Assembly (NCBI GenBank): GCA_036503335.1
Contig: DASXXC010000419.1
Span: 20,363-84,362 of the forward strand
Source of the DNA: Thermoanaerobaculia bacterium
Lineage (GTDB): Bacteria; Acidobacteriota; Thermoanaerobaculia; Multivoradales; UBA5704
Direction: 5' to 3'
Length of the DNA stretch: 64,000 nucleotides
Positions within the stretch are counted from its first letter, which is position 1. Each line of letters opens with the position of its first letter. A program made the translations under genes and the position numbers. The notes below the pieces were generated by a model, which was not told the origin of the DNA, did not search any database, and saw nothing but the letters and a program-made list of their open reading frames with translations. Below, one piece after another: positions 43,829-53,312 of the stretch.

Positions 43829-45736
43829 TTGAGAGTCCTATTGACCCAGCCGCCCCTCAGCACAAACCCGGAGGTCGGTCCACCGGTGGGCCTCTGCACG
43901 CTGGCCGCCTGGCTGATCCACAAGGGACACGAGGTCTCCGTCCTGGACCTGGACCTCGCCGTCAAAGGCCTTCCATCCGGCCAGGAGGTCTACCGCGGCT
44001 TGCTGGCCAGCGCCGTGAGGGATTTCGCGCCTCAGGTGGTGGGTGTCACCTCGATGTTCAACAACAGCCTGCAGGCGGAGCGTCTCACGCGGACGGTAAA
44101 AGACTGCGATGACTCCATCGTCACCGTCGGGGGCGGCTCTCATTTCGGCGCGCTGACCCTCCAGTCGCTCCGGCGTATCCCCACGCTGGACTACACCATC
44201 GAAGGCGAGGGCGAGGAGGCGTTCGCGGAGCTGCTGGACGCGCTCGCCGCCGGCGCCGCGGTGGCGGACATCCCCCGGCTGTGCCACCGCGTGGATGGCG
44301 AGCCGCGCCAGAACCCCTCCCGCGGCCTGATGGACCTCGCGGAGATCCCGCCGGTCTGGCCCGTGGTGGATGGCTGCGTCGACATCGGCAGATACGCGCG
44401 CACCGTCCCTGCCGGCTCGGCGCGGCGGACCGTCTACATCGAAGTCGGGCGGGGCTGCCCGTTCACCTGTACCTTCTGTGCGACCGCCCCGTTCTGGGAA
44501 CGCAAGTACCGCGTAAAGCCGGTGGCGGCCCTCCTCCAGGAGATCCGCTTTCTTCACGAGCAATACGGATACAACGGCTTCATGCTCGTTCACGACCTGT
44601 TGACGGTCGACAAGGATTTCCTGGACGAATTCAGCGAAGCCGTGCGGGAGTCGCGGTTGCCAGTGGAGTGGATGGCGAACCATCGGACCGACATCAACTT
44701 GTACGGGCTGCTGCCGAAGATGAAGGCGGCGGGCTGCTGGGCGATGTTCTTCGGCATCGAGTCCGCCTCCGAACGCCTGCAGAAGAAGGTACGGAAAGGG
44801 CTAAAGCGCGAGGGCATCGTCTCGACCATCACCGGGCTGGCCGGCCTCGGGATCGCCTCGACGTGCTCTTTCGTTATCGGTTTCCCCGACGAAACGCCGG
44901 AGGAGCTATCGGCCACCGTGGCCCTGGGAGCTGAGCTGAAGCTGCTGGGCGCGGGCATGGTCCAGCTCCATCGCCTGCGTACCTGGCCCCCCGCGCCGCT
45001 CTCCCGCGCCATGCTGCCGGCGCGATTCGACCTGGATTCGCTGCGCCTCGAATACCCGTTCCTCGACGTGCCCGAAGCGGACGTCGCCGCGATCACGGCG
45101 GATCCGGAGTTCTTCGCCGGTTACTTCGCCCCCTCCACCACGGCGGGTACCTTCGCTCAGATGGCGCAGGTCGAGCTGTTCTTCACCCACGCCGTCCACA
45201 TGGCGTCCCTGACGGTCGCCGTAATGAGCCGGCTGGCTGGCGGGAGCCTCATCCCCACCTTCTATGACGTGCTGGCGCGGAGAGGAGGCATCACCCGGCA
45301 GGAGATGGAGGCCGATCCGAACAGCCCATGGCCGGCCTGGCGCGCGTTGCGCCCCCGCCTAGAGGACTGGGTCGCCATCCATCCGGCCTTGGAAGATTGG
45401 CAGCGAAAGCTCGTCCTGGGCGCCATAGACTACGAGGAGAGTCGGCTGCGATTCGTCAACAGCAACGGGGCGGAGCGGGATGGCATGGCCGCCGGCGGCG
45501 AGGACTGGGCCGCGTTCGTCTCCACGGTGGACATCGCCACGCTGTTCGACCACCTACGCAACGGAGGCGCCTTACTGCCGGACCTCGTGAGCGACTGGGC
45601 GGTAGTGTTTGTGCAGACGGGCGGCGGTGCCTTCGGCGCCTATATGACCGACGTGGAACGTCTGCCGGAGCTCAGTGAGCGTCCATCCCTGATGGCGACG
45701 AACGCGCGCTCCGCTCCCGCACCTCCTCCGACGTGA
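43829..45736 (+). CDS. B12-binding-domain radical SAM protein (candidate RiPP maturase)
   Basis: N-terminal Rossmann-like region (VVGVTSMFNNSLQAERLTRTVKDCDDSIVTVGGGSHF) consistent with a cobalamin-binding domain (inference from its position N-terminal to the rSAM core), then the CPFTCTFC (CxxxCxxC) radical SAM cluster motif. Confidence 0.85.
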   Translation: MRVLLTQPPLSTNPEVGPPVGLCTLAAWLIHKGHEVSVLDLDLAVKGLPSGQEVYRGLLASAVRDFAPQVVGVTSMFNNSLQAERLTRTVKDCDDSIVTVGGGSHFGALTLQSLRRIPTLDYTIEGEGEEAFAELLDALAAGAAVADIPRLCHRVDGEPRQNPSRGLMDLAEIPPVWPVVDGCVDIGRYARTVPAGSARRTVYIEVGRGCPFTCTFCATAPFWERKYRVKPVAALLQEIRFLHEQYGYNGFMLVHDLLTVDKDFLDEFSEAVRESRLPVEWMANHRTDINLYGLLPKMKAAGCWAMFFGIESASERLQKKVRKGLKREGIVSTITGLAGLGIASTCSFVIGFPDETPEELSATVALGAELKLLGAGMVQLHRLRTWPPAPLSRAMLPARFDLDSLRLEYPFLDVPEADVAAITADPEFFAGYFAPSTTAGTFAQMAQVELFFTHAVHMASLTVAVMSRLAGGSLIPTFYDVLARRGGITRQEMEADPNSPWPAWRALRPRLEDWVAIHPALEDWQRKLVLGAIDYEESRLRFVNSNGAERDGMAAGGEDWAAFVSTVDIATLFDHLRNGGALLPDLVSDWAVVFVQTGGGAFGAYMTDVERLPELSERPSLMATNARSAPAPPPT

Positions 45737-46199
45737 GCCCGTAGAGCGGCGGCGTGGGGACGTCCAGAAGCCCGAGCATCAGATAGATCTGCCCGCGATG
45801 GTGGATCTCGTGCTCGGCCATCGAGCGCAGCCACTTCCAGACCTGGATCCTGGCGCCGCCGGGGGTTTCACAGCGGCGCTCCAGATCCTCAGGGGTGAGG
45901 CCGCGGAAGATCGCCATCGACTCCGCGTGCATGCGGTCGAAATAGGCCAGCACCGCGTCGTATCCCGAGGCCAGCTCCTGGCCGTGGCCGGGATAGCGGC
46001 TGGGCCGGCAGAGCGCGTTCTCGGCGAACATCCAGCGCTCGATGGCGCCCAGGTGGCGCGTGAGGTCGCCGAAGGTGAAGGCCCCGGGCTTGTACGTCCA
46101 CTCCAGTTGCTCGGGCGGAACGCAGAGGACGACGCGGCGGGTCCGCTCCCGCACGCGCTCGAAATACTGTAGGAAGGGCTCGACGCTCTGGATCTCCAT
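45672..46199 (-). CDS. DinB-family (DinB_2) protein
   Basis: MAEHEIHHRGQIYLMLGLL signature. It is the C-terminal 175 codons of a longer spurious ORF; start set at MEIQS, 12 bp after the pepT stop. Confidence 0.7.
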   Translation of the reverse strand: MEIQSVEPFLQYFERVRERTRRVVLCVPPEQLEWTYKPGAFTFGDLTRHLGAIERWMFAENALCRPSRYPGHGQELASGYDAVLAYFDRMHAESMAIFRGLTPEDLERRCETPGGARIQVWKWLRSMAEHEIHHRGQIYLMLGLLDVPTPPLYGLTSEEVRERSARSSPSGMDAH

Positions 46200-46210
46200 C
46201 TGCTCTCCTC

Positions 46211-47470
46211 CTAGCCCTCCGCCTTCTCCTCCCAGATCCGCGCGAGATGGACGATCACCTCGACCGCCTTCTCCATGTCCTGCGCCGAGACCCATTCGAG
46301 GCGGGAGTGGAAATTCTGCTCGCCCGCGAAGATGTTGGGCGTGGGCAGCCCCATGAAGCTGAGCTTGGAGCCGTCGGTGCCGCCGCGGATGGGGCGCTCG
46401 TGGATCTCCAGACCCACGCGGCGGATGGCCTCGCGGGCGTTCTCCACCACGTCGGGATGATGGTCGAGCACCTCGCGCATGTTGCGGTAGCTCTCCTCGA
46501 CCTTGATCTCCACCGACGCGCCCGGCCAGGCCTCGACCGTCTGGCGGGCGAGCTTCTCCAGGAAATCCTCCTTCTCCTGGAGCCCCGGCCGCGTGAAGTC
46601 GCGGATCAGCAGCTTGACCGAGGTGCGGTCCACGCTCGCGTTGACCACGTAGGGGTGGACGAACCCTTCGTATCCTTCGGTGGTCTCGGGGGAGAGACTG
46701 CCCCTGGGCAGGCGGGAGATGAAGTCGGCGGCGACCTTGATCGAATTGATCATCTTCCCCTTGGCGAAGCCCGGGTGGGTGTTGAAGCCCACGAAGGTGA
46801 TCGTCATCGCGTCGGCCGAAAAGGTTTCCATTTCGATCTCGCCGCGCGCGCCGCCGTCCATGGTGTAGGCGTAGTGAGCCCCGAATTTGGCCACGTCGAA
46901 GTGCTTGGTGCCGGCGCCCACCTCCTCGTCGGGGGTGAAGCCGACGCGGATCGCTCCGTGGGGGATCTCCGGGTGATTCACCAGATACTCGGCCGCGGTC
47001 ATGATCTCGGCCACGCCGCTCTTGTTGTCGGCCCCCAGCAGGGTGGTGCCCGAGGCGGTGATGATGTCGTCGCCGATCCGCTCGCGCAGATAGGGGACGT
47101 CGGCGGCGCGGATCACCGCGGTCGGGTCGTCCGGCAGCACGAGGTCCTGCCCCTGGTAATTCTGATGGACGATCGGCTTGACCCCGGCGCCGCTCATCTC
47201 GGGAGAGGTGTCGACGTGGGCGATGAAGCCGATCACCGGCACGTCCTTCTTCGGGCTGGTGGCCGGGATGGTCGCCATCACGTAGCCGTGCTCGTCGATG
47301 GCGGCGTCGGCGAGGCCGATCGACTTGAGCTCGTCGACCAGATGGTTGAGCAGGTCGAGCTGCTTGGCCGTGCTGGGGTAGGTCTGCGAGGTCTCGCTCG
47401 ACTGGGTGTCGAACTTCACGTAGCGCAGGAACCGCTCGACGACGGAAAAATGGACGGTGGAATCGGGCAT
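46211..47470 (-). CDS. pepT: Peptidase T (tripeptide aminopeptidase, M20B)
   Basis: N-terminus VERFLRYVKFDTQS, HVDT, GADNKSG and M20-type metal-ligand blocks. GAGGAG Shine-Dalgarno before the Met-44 start. Confidence 0.9.
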   Translation of the reverse strand: MPDSTVHFSVVERFLRYVKFDTQSSETSQTYPSTAKQLDLLNHLVDELKSIGLADAAIDEHGYVMATIPATSPKKDVPVIGFIAHVDTSPEMSGAGVKPIVHQNYQGQDLVLPDDPTAVIRAADVPYLRERIGDDIITASGTTLLGADNKSGVAEIMTAAEYLVNHPEIPHGAIRVGFTPDEEVGAGTKHFDVAKFGAHYAYTMDGGARGEIEMETFSADAMTITFVGFNTHPGFAKGKMINSIKVAADFISRLPRGSLSPETTEGYEGFVHPYVVNASVDRTSVKLLIRDFTRPGLQEKEDFLEKLARQTVEAWPGASVEIKVEESYRNMREVLDHHPDVVENAREAIRRVGLEIHERPIRGGTDGSKLSFMGLPTPNIFAGEQNFHSRLEWVSAQDMEKAVEVIVHLARIWEEKAEG

Positions 47471-47675
47471 GGGCGGGGTCTCCTCGGGTCTCCGGCTTGG
47501 CCGGGCTGCCAGGCTCAGCGGAGGAAGGGTATAGGAGGAGAGAGCCCGCCGCCAAGGGGAGGAGAGGCGGCGAGGATCGCTTCTTGAGGGATTGCGCACT
47601 TACAGGGGTAGAGACGGCGAGCCGTGCTCGCCGGATCGTCAACGAGGCTCTATGCCTGCAAAGGAGAACAAGATG

Positions 47676-47906
47676 AAGCGAGGCGCCTGCAAGCTGGTCC
47701 TGGCCTGTACCCTCCTGGTCGCCACGGCGTTCCTGCCGCCGAGCGCCCAGGCGGGGACCTGCTGCACCAACTGCTACAACAAATACCTGGTCACCTGCTG
47801 GAACAGCTGCGCCAGCAACGACACCACCTGCCAGAACAACTGCGAGAACCAATACGACAGTTGCGCCACCGGCTGCAGCCGCTTCGGCGATTTCTGCCCC
47901 ATCTGA
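47676..47906 (+). CDS. Small secreted Cys-rich peptide (76 aa)
   Basis: AAGGAG Shine-Dalgarno, signal peptide MKRGACKLVLACTLLVATAFLPPSAQA, then a 12-Cys mature region (GTCCTNCYNKYLVTCWNSCASNDTTCQNNCENQYDSCATGCSRFGDFCPI). Confidence 0.6.
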   Translation, partial: KRGACKLVLACTLLVATAFLPPSAQAGTCCTNCYNKYLVTCWNSCASNDTTCQNNCENQYDSCATGCSRFGDFCPI

Positions 47907-47989
47907 TTCGGCTCGGGGGGCACCCACTCGGGTGCCCCGGCTTCATCGGGGTTTTGGCCAACCCGCTGGGGGGACCTTTCCTGCGCGCC

Positions 47990-50900
47990 TCACCGCACCA
48001 CCGGCGCTAGCCCGGCCGCGCGGACCTGGCGGTCGAGATCGCGGATCTCCCCGTTGAGGAGCGCCTGCCACTTCGCCAGCGCCGCGTCGAGCTGCTTCCG
48101 GTAGATCTCGAAAGCCTCGCGCTGCGGCGCGTTGGGGGCGCGGTCGGCCCCTTCCAGATCGGTCGCGAGGGGGGTGAGGACGGCGGCGATCGCGGCGAGG
48201 TTGTCCTCCCCGCGAGCGGCGCGCCGCCGGCCACCCGCGGCCTGGAAGCCCGCGACGTCGGCCGCGACCCGCTTCGCCATCTCCCGCAGCGCGGCCGAGC
48301 CCGGACGGCCGCTGAGCTCGCCGTCCAGGGCCTTGAGCCGCGTCGAGATCTCCCCGATCTGCTCCTGTGCGTCCGTCGACCGCGCCAGAGCCTGCGAGAC
48401 CGCCGCGTACATCTCGTGCTGGGCCACGAGATCCGCCTGCGGCGTCTTGACCCGCGGGTCCATGGCGACCTTCAGCGGCTGGGTGACGGTCTTGCCGTCC
48501 GCCGTCAGGCGCACCTGATAGGTCCCCGGCAGGACGAAGATCCCCTGCGGTAGCTCGGGGGTGTCCGCGCCGGGCACGGCGGCGATGGAGTAGTCGTACT
48601 CCAGGGCGCGCGGGCGCGGACCGCGGAGATCCCACACGAAGCGGTTGTGGTGGGGCTGAGCCGGCAGCGCGGACGGCGCCTGCAGCCAGTCGTTGGCGAA
48701 GTATTGCCCCGCCTCCGGACGCTTCGGCGCCTCGTCGCTACGGAAGCTCCGCACCACCTGACCCTTGGGATCGACGATCTCCAGGACGACCGGGCCGCGC
48801 ACGGAGGCCGGCAGCACGTAGTCGAGGATGGCGCCGGCCGGAGGGTTGAACGCCCGCGGCTCGTCGAGCGGCAGCGGCGTGTCCCGGTTCTGGTTGGCCC
48901 CCACCCGGTAGGCCGTGGCCGGCGGGAGGAGGGTGGCGGCGGTGACCGAGCCGGTCAGATGGCGTAGCGGCGAGATGTCGTCCAGCACCCAGAGCGAGCG
49001 CCCCTCGGTGGCGGCCACCAGGTCGTCGCCGTGGATCGTGAGATCGTTGACGCCGGTCGTCGGCAGGTTGAGCTGCAGCGGCTGCCAGTGAGCGCCGTCG
49101 TCGAAGGAGACGAAGGCGCCCCGGCTGGTGCCGGCGAACAGGAGCCCCGCCTTGACCGGGTCCTGACGCACCACCGCCACCCAGCCCTCGGCCGGCAGGC
49201 CTGCCGTGGCCTGCGTCCAGGTCTTCCCGAAGTCGTGGGTGACATAGAGATAGGGGCGGTCGTCGTCCATTCGGTGGCGGTCGACCGCGGCGTAGGCGGT
49301 GCCGGCCGAGGTCGCCGAGGCGTCGATCTGGGCCAGCCGGCTCCACTCGGCGAGGCCGGGCGGGGTGACGTTCTGCCAGTGCTTGCCGCCGTCCCGGGTG
49401 AGCCGGATCAGCCCGTCGTCGGTGCCCACCCAGATCAGATCTTTCTCGATCGGCGACGGCGCGATGGTCGAGATCACGCCGAAGCCGCAGGTCCTGGCGC
49501 GCGAGACGGGGACGTCCCCGGTCTCACAGTCCTTGGTGCCGGGGACGGCGCCCGAGAGGTCCGGGCTGATCGTCTCCCAGTGCTGGCCGCCGTCGAGCGA
49601 GCGGAAGAGCACCTGGGCGCCCTGATAGATCGCGTGCGGCGGCAGGGGGGAGATGGCGATCGGGGTGATCCAGGTGGTGCGATAGCGCACGGAGGTCGGC
49701 CGCGCGCCGTAGGTGGAGACCGGCCACGGAGCCACGTTCGAGACCTGGCCCGTGCGGCCGTCCCAGCGCGAGAGGCGCCCGCCGAGGCCGCTGCCGTAGA
49801 TGATGTCGGGGTCGCCGGGGAAGGGGAGGTCGTAGTCGCGCTCGTCGCCGCCCACCGGATGCCAGTCGCGGAAGGTGAGCTGGCCGTAGTCGCTTCGGCT
49901 CGCCACCCCCACCGTGCCGCTGTCCTGCTGGCCGCTGTAGATCCAGTAGGGGAAGCGGTCGTCGGTGGCCACGTGGTAGAACTGGCCCGTGGGCTGGTTG
50001 TACCAGGAGCTCCAGCTGGCCCCGTTGTTGACGGTGACCACCGTCCCCTGATCGCTCGCCACGATCATCCGCTCCGGCCGCTCGGGATCGATCCACAGGA
50101 AGTGATAGTCGTCGCCGCCCGGCGCGCCGCGGAAGAAGTCGAACGTCTTGCCGCCGTCGTCCGAGCGCCGGATCGACTGCCCCATCACATAGACCGTGTC
50201 CTGATTCTTGGGGTCGACCGCGAGCATCGAGAAGTAGTCGCTGGCAAAGCCTCCGTTGTTGTTGACGTACTGCCAGTTGGTGCCGCCGTCGTCCGAGCGG
50301 TAGAGCCCCGAGCCGGGGCCGTTGGCGTTGATCGTGGCATAGACGCGGGCGCCCCGGCTGCCGGGCGCGACCGCGAGGCCGATGCGTCCCAGGGTGCCGT
50401 CGGGGAGGCCGTGGCCGGTGAGGTGCGTCCAGGTCTTGCCGCCGTCGGCCGATTTGTAGATGCCGCTCCCCGGGCCGACGCTGGGCGTGAAGTAGGAGAG
50501 CCAGGGGTAGTAGCGAAGCTGCCAGGTGGCGGCGAACACCGTGTCCGGCGCGGCCGGATCGGCCGCGAGGTCCACGGCGCCGGTGTTGTCGTCCACGAAC
50601 AGAACCTTCTCCCAGCTCCGGCCGCCGTCCGTGCTGCGGAACACCCCGCGCTCCGCGTTGGGTCCGAAGACGTGCCCTTGGGCGGCCACCAGCACCACGT
50701 CGGCGTTGCGGGGATCGACCCAAAGGCGGCCGATGTGGCGGCTGTCGGCGAGCCCGCGCGCCTCCCAGGTCCTGCCGCCGTCGGCGGAGCGGTAGATGCC
50801 GGCGCCCGAGGCGATGTCCCACCGGGAGGTGACCTGGCCGGTGCCCACGTAGATCACCGCCGGATCGCTCGGCGCCACCACCAGGGCCCCGATCGACGCC

Positions 50901-51166
50901 ACCTTCTCACGGTCGAAGAGAGAGCTCCAGGTGCGTCCGGCGTCGGTGGTCTTCCACACCCCGCCGTCGGCGGCGCCGAAGTAGAACGTCTCCGGCTGCC
51001 CCGGCACGCCGGAAGCGCACGTCCCCCAGCCGCCGCGCAGGGGCCCCACCAGGCGCCAGCGCAGGGCGGAGTAGTCCTCGGGCGGCACGGGAGCCGCGGC
51101 GGCCAGGACGGCGGAGATCAGGAGCAGGAGGACGGTGGAGATCAGGGACAGGCGGCGAAGATTCAT
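47990..51166 (-). CDS. Secreted BNR/Asp-box repeat (sortilin/Vps10-like) beta-propeller protein
   Basis: More than 10 repeats of S.D.G.TW (YRSADGGRTWE, FRSTDGGRSWE, YKSADGGKTWT, ...). Signal peptide after MNLRRLSLISTVLLLL. The annotated 1227-aa N-terminal extension is antisense read-through. Confidence 0.8.
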   Translation of the reverse strand: MNLRRLSLISTVLLLLISAVLAAAAPVPPEDYSALRWRLVGPLRGGWGTCASGVPGQPETFYFGAADGGVWKTTDAGRTWSSLFDREKVASIGALVVAPSDPAVIYVGTGQVTSRWDIASGAGIYRSADGGRTWEARGLADSRHIGRLWVDPRNADVVLVAAQGHVFGPNAERGVFRSTDGGRSWEKVLFVDDNTGAVDLAADPAAPDTVFAATWQLRYYPWLSYFTPSVGPGSGIYKSADGGKTWTHLTGHGLPDGTLGRIGLAVAPGSRGARVYATINANGPGSGLYRSDDGGTNWQYVNNNGGFASDYFSMLAVDPKNQDTVYVMGQSIRRSDDGGKTFDFFRGAPGGDDYHFLWIDPERPERMIVASDQGTVVTVNNGASWSSWYNQPTGQFYHVATDDRFPYWIYSGQQDSGTVGVASRSDYGQLTFRDWHPVGGDERDYDLPFPGDPDIIYGSGLGGRLSRWDGRTGQVSNVAPWPVSTYGARPTSVRYRTTWITPIAISPLPPHAIYQGAQVLFRSLDGGQHWETISPDLSGAVPGTKDCETGDVPVSRARTCGFGVISTIAPSPIEKDLIWVGTDDGLIRLTRDGGKHWQNVTPPGLAEWSRLAQIDASATSAGTAYAAVDRHRMDDDRPYLYVTHDFGKTWTQATAGLPAEGWVAVVRQDPVKAGLLFAGTSRGAFVSFDDGAHWQPLQLNLPTTGVNDLTIHGDDLVAATEGRSLWVLDDISPLRHLTGSVTAATLLPPATAYRVGANQNRDTPLPLDEPRAFNPPAGAILDYVLPASVRGPVVLEIVDPKGQVVRSFRSDEAPKRPEAGQYFANDWLQAPSALPAQPHHNRFVWDLRGPRPRALEYDYSIAAVPGADTPELPQGIFVLPGTYQVRLTADGKTVTQPLKVAMDPRVKTPQADLVAQHEMYAAVSQALARSTDAQEQIGEISTRLKALDGELSGRPGSAALREMAKRVAADVAGFQAAGGRRRAARGEDNLAAIAAVLTPLATDLEGADRAPNAPQREAFEIYRKQLDAALAKWQALLNGEIRDLDRQVRAAGLAPVVR

Positions 51167-51231
51167 GGAACCCTCCAGGGTCACGGTTGTCGGCCCGGAG
51201 CATATCGCGGGACGAGGCGCAGGGGAGACGC

Positions 51232-51933
51232 TCAGTCCTGCGGCGGACCGTCCGTCTCCACCTGGCCGCGTCGCTGGAGCCAGCGGGCGAGCAGCCAGCA
51301 GATGAGCGCCCAGACACCGCCCAGGGTCCAGCCGGCCAGCACGTCGGTCGGCCAGTGGACCCCGAGATAGACGCGGCTGGTGCCGACCAGCAGGGTGATC
51401 AGCATGGCGAACCCGAGCAGGAACACCTTGAGCCGCCGCCGGCGCTGGACGCGCGCCAACAGGGCGCCGAGGGTGAGATAGGTGGCCGCCGACATCGTCG
51501 AGTGGCCGCTGGGGAAGCTGGAGGTATAGACGTACGAGCCGTGGGGGACGAGGTCCGGTCGCGGCCGCTCGAACCCGTGTTTCAGCACCGAGCTCCACAG
51601 CAGGGCGCCGGCGACCGCGGCCAGCACCAGAAGGGCCGCGCGGTCCTTGCCGTCGATGAGCAGGAATCCGCACACCCCGAGCGTCAGGAGAGACATCACG
51701 CCGACGCCCCCAAGGGCCGTGAAATCGCGCTCCGTCTCCTCGACCCAGGCGGGCCCGAGGGGGTCTGAGCGGTCCGCCGGATTGCGCAACGCGAGCAGAA
51801 CCCGCTCGTCGAAGCGGCGCGTCTCCCCTTCCCGGACCTCATCCGCGAGGCCGGCGAAAGCCCAGATCCCACCCGCGATGACGATGAGCGCGATGAGGGG
51901 CAACAGCTCAGGGTGCAACCGCCGGCTGATCAT
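51232..51933 (-). CDS. PAP2-family membrane phosphatase
   Basis: KHGFERPRP, PSGHS and SRVYLGVHWPTD motifs. AGGAAAGGAGAA Shine-Dalgarno before the MISRRL start. Confidence 0.8.
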   Translation of the reverse strand: MISRRLHPELLPLIALIVIAGGIWAFAGLADEVREGETRRFDERVLLALRNPADRSDPLGPAWVEETERDFTALGGVGVMSLLTLGVCGFLLIDGKDRAALLVLAAVAGALLWSSVLKHGFERPRPDLVPHGSYVYTSSFPSGHSTMSAATYLTLGALLARVQRRRRLKVFLLGFAMLITLLVGTSRVYLGVHWPTDVLAGWTLGGVWALICWLLARWLQRRGQVETDGPPQD

Positions 51934-52071
51934 CTCGTTCTCCTTTCCTCCCCGCCGCCTGTGATTGCGAGCCGGATGCCAGGGCACGCGCCAGATTCAC
52001 CAGCAATTGTCGTATCAGTGATACGACAATCTCGCGAATCTGGGCCAATAGCACGCCGGGTCCGTGAAGAT

Positions 52072-53118
52072 CTAGATCCCGGCAGCGATCGCGTCGGCGT
52101 CGCGGCTGCCGCGGTCTGTCGCCTGCTGCTCGAGTTGCAGCCGGGTGCGGGCCACAGCCTCGCGAAGGTGCCGCTCCAGCAGGTCGCGCGGCGGGAGCTC
52201 GGTCAGGTACTCGGCCACATGGATGCCTCGGGGCTCGAGCTCGAGCACCTCAACGGTTTCGCGCTTCTTGCCGGCACAGAGGATGAGGCCGATGGGTCTC
52301 TCTTCCCCCTTCTGCCGTTCGTGGCGGTCGAGCCAGCGTAGGTAGAGCTCCATCTGGCCGGCATCCGCGGGCTTGAAGTCGCCGATCTTCAGCTCGATGA
52401 CCACCAGCCGCCGCAAGCGGCGATGGTAGAACAGGAGATCCATGTAGTAGTCGTCGCCATCCAGCGTGATGCGCTTTTGGCGTTCGACGAAGGCGAAGCC
52501 GATGCCGAGCTCCAGGAGAAAGGATTCGATCTCGCGTAGCAGAGCGTCCTCCAGATCTCTTTCGCCGTAGGTATCCCGCAGGCCGAGGAAGTCGAGCACA
52601 TAGGGGTCCCGGAAGACCAGGTCGGGAGTGAGCTGGTCTCGTTCGCGCAGCGCCTGGATCTCCTGCGCGATGAGCTTTTCGGGCTTCTTCGAGAGGGCGG
52701 TGCGCTCGTAGAGCATGCTGTCGATCCGGGACCGCAGAGCCCGGACGCTCCAGCGCTCGATGCGGCACATCTCGGCGTAGAATTCGCGCTGAAGCGGGTC
52801 TGTCAGGGGGAGGATCTCCTTGAAGTGGCTCCACCCCAATTGTCGCGACAGTGTAGCGACAATCTGGGGGTCGGTGAATGAAGAGGCGAACTGCACCATC
52901 CGGCGAAGGTTTTTCTCGCCGAAGCCGCGTCCGAATTCGAGCTCCAATTGTGCGGACAGCGCCAGCACGATCTCGGCGCCATACTCCGCACGCTTCTCCT
53001 GGAGAATCTCCCGCTGGATGCGCTCACCGACCTGCCAGTAGAGTAGCGTCAGGCCGGTATTGACCATCCGGGCGGTCTGCTGCCGGGCTTCGAGGATAAG
53101 GTCTCTCACCTCGGCCAA
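52072..53118 (-). CDS. YhcG/DUF1016-family protein (PD-(D/E)XK nuclease fold)
   Basis: N-terminal NTGLTLLYWQVGERI and LSWSHF blocks, plus C-terminal DGDDYYMDLLFYHRRLRRLVVIELKIGDF (a D...ELK PD-(D/E)XK core). Confidence 0.8.
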   Translation of the reverse strand: MAEVRDLILEARQQTARMVNTGLTLLYWQVGERIQREILQEKRAEYGAEIVLALSAQLELEFGRGFGEKNLRRMVQFASSFTDPQIVATLSRQLGWSHFKEILPLTDPLQREFYAEMCRIERWSVRALRSRIDSMLYERTALSKKPEKLIAQEIQALRERDQLTPDLVFRDPYVLDFLGLRDTYGERDLEDALLREIESFLLELGIGFAFVERQKRITLDGDDYYMDLLFYHRRLRRLVVIELKIGDFKPADAGQMELYLRWLDRHERQKGEERPIGLILCAGKKRETVEVLELEPRGIHVAEYLTELPPRDLLERHLREAVARTRLQLEQQATDRGSRDADAIAAGI

Positions 53119-53312
53119 CAGACCTTTGGACCGGACCCTGGTCTTCGATGGCGCGAGGTTCTTGAACGTGGATCGCTTCGGGCTCAGATCGATCCGCCTT
53201 TCCAGAGTCGTTTTATGCCGTGCCGTTACTTCTGTCGCGAGTATACCGCACGGTCGGACGATTGCCGGAGGCGTTTCGCTATGATCCGGAACGCTAAGGA
53301 GGGGGGCACGAA

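Noticed and set aside
45672-47927. 751-aa minus-strand ORF
   Set aside because: It is a read-through of two real genes (pepT 46211-47470 and DinB 45672-46199) plus antisense sequence. I split it using the internal Met starts, each of which has its own RBS.
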